Of a stretch of DNA of 52,627 nucleotides, positions 52,500 to 52,627 are shown piece by piece. The notes below the pieces were generated by a model. That model was not told where the DNA came from, searched no databases, and saw nothing but the letters and a program-made list of their open reading frames with translations. The stretch lies in contig JBJTNV010000010.1 in NCBI GenBank assembly GCA_046074205.1, forward strand, positions 1-52,627. Direction: 5' to 3'. Source of the stretch: Hydrogenophaga sp. Lineage in GTDB: Bacteria > Pseudomonadota > Gammaproteobacteria > Burkholderiales > Burkholderiaceae_C. Every line of letters begins with the position of its first letter. The stretch's first letter is position 1. A program made the translations under genes and the position numbers.

Positions 52500-52627
52500 T
52501 CAGCGCGCACGCAGGGTGCGCGAGAGCAGGATCACCGGCGCCAGCCCCACCAGCACCAGCGTGAGCGCCGGCAATGCGGCCTCTCCCAGTCGCTCGTCAC
52601 GCGCGAGCTGATAGGCGACCACGGCCA
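52500..52627 (-). CDS. C-terminus of an iron(III) ABC transporter permease (FbpB-like), partial
   Basis: Manual translation: AVVAYQLARDERLGEAALPALTLVLVGLAPVILLSRTLRAR*. Confidence 0.8.
   Translation of the reverse strand, partial: AVVAYQLARDERLGEAALPALTLVLVGLAPVILLSRTLRAR

Overview
GC-rich betaproteobacterial chromosome segment. Gene content and order suggest Comamonadaceae, possibly Hydrogenophaga-like (inference). Left to right: a two-partner secretion/CDI-like locus (TpsB plus a filamentous-haemagglutinin TpsA running off the left edge) behind an AT-rich promoter; acyl-CoA ligase; kinase/AAA protein; lldD-family oxidase; orphan RskA-domain protein; dinB; a diheme TsdA convergent with a TtrS/TtrR-like two-component system; HDAC-family amidohydrolase; yaaA-2OG oxygenase-queF; truC; valS; tusA-family gene and cysM; tRNA-Leu(CAA); a lambda-type lysozyme; Ca/Na antiporter; the aa3 cytochrome c oxidase cluster with FNR boxes; bioC-like/comF/trmL; pcaF; diheme cytochrome c; MoxR/VWA; tamAB; tRNA-Arg(CCT); and the end of an iron ABC permease. 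Most notable: (1) a 102-bp palindromic element inserted exactly in frame in valS; (2) a TtrSR-like sensor paired with tsdA rather than ttrBCA, with a candidate operator; (3) yaaA and truC start codons overlapping on one CATG; (4) an orphan membrane-anchored lysozyme next to a tRNA; (5) FNR boxes in repressive positions at both the oxidase operon and a cytochrome c gene. valS also has a 1-bp frameshift at KMSKS, most likely a sequencing error. No integrase, transposase or CRISPR array was seen. All family calls come from motif recognition; no database search was run.
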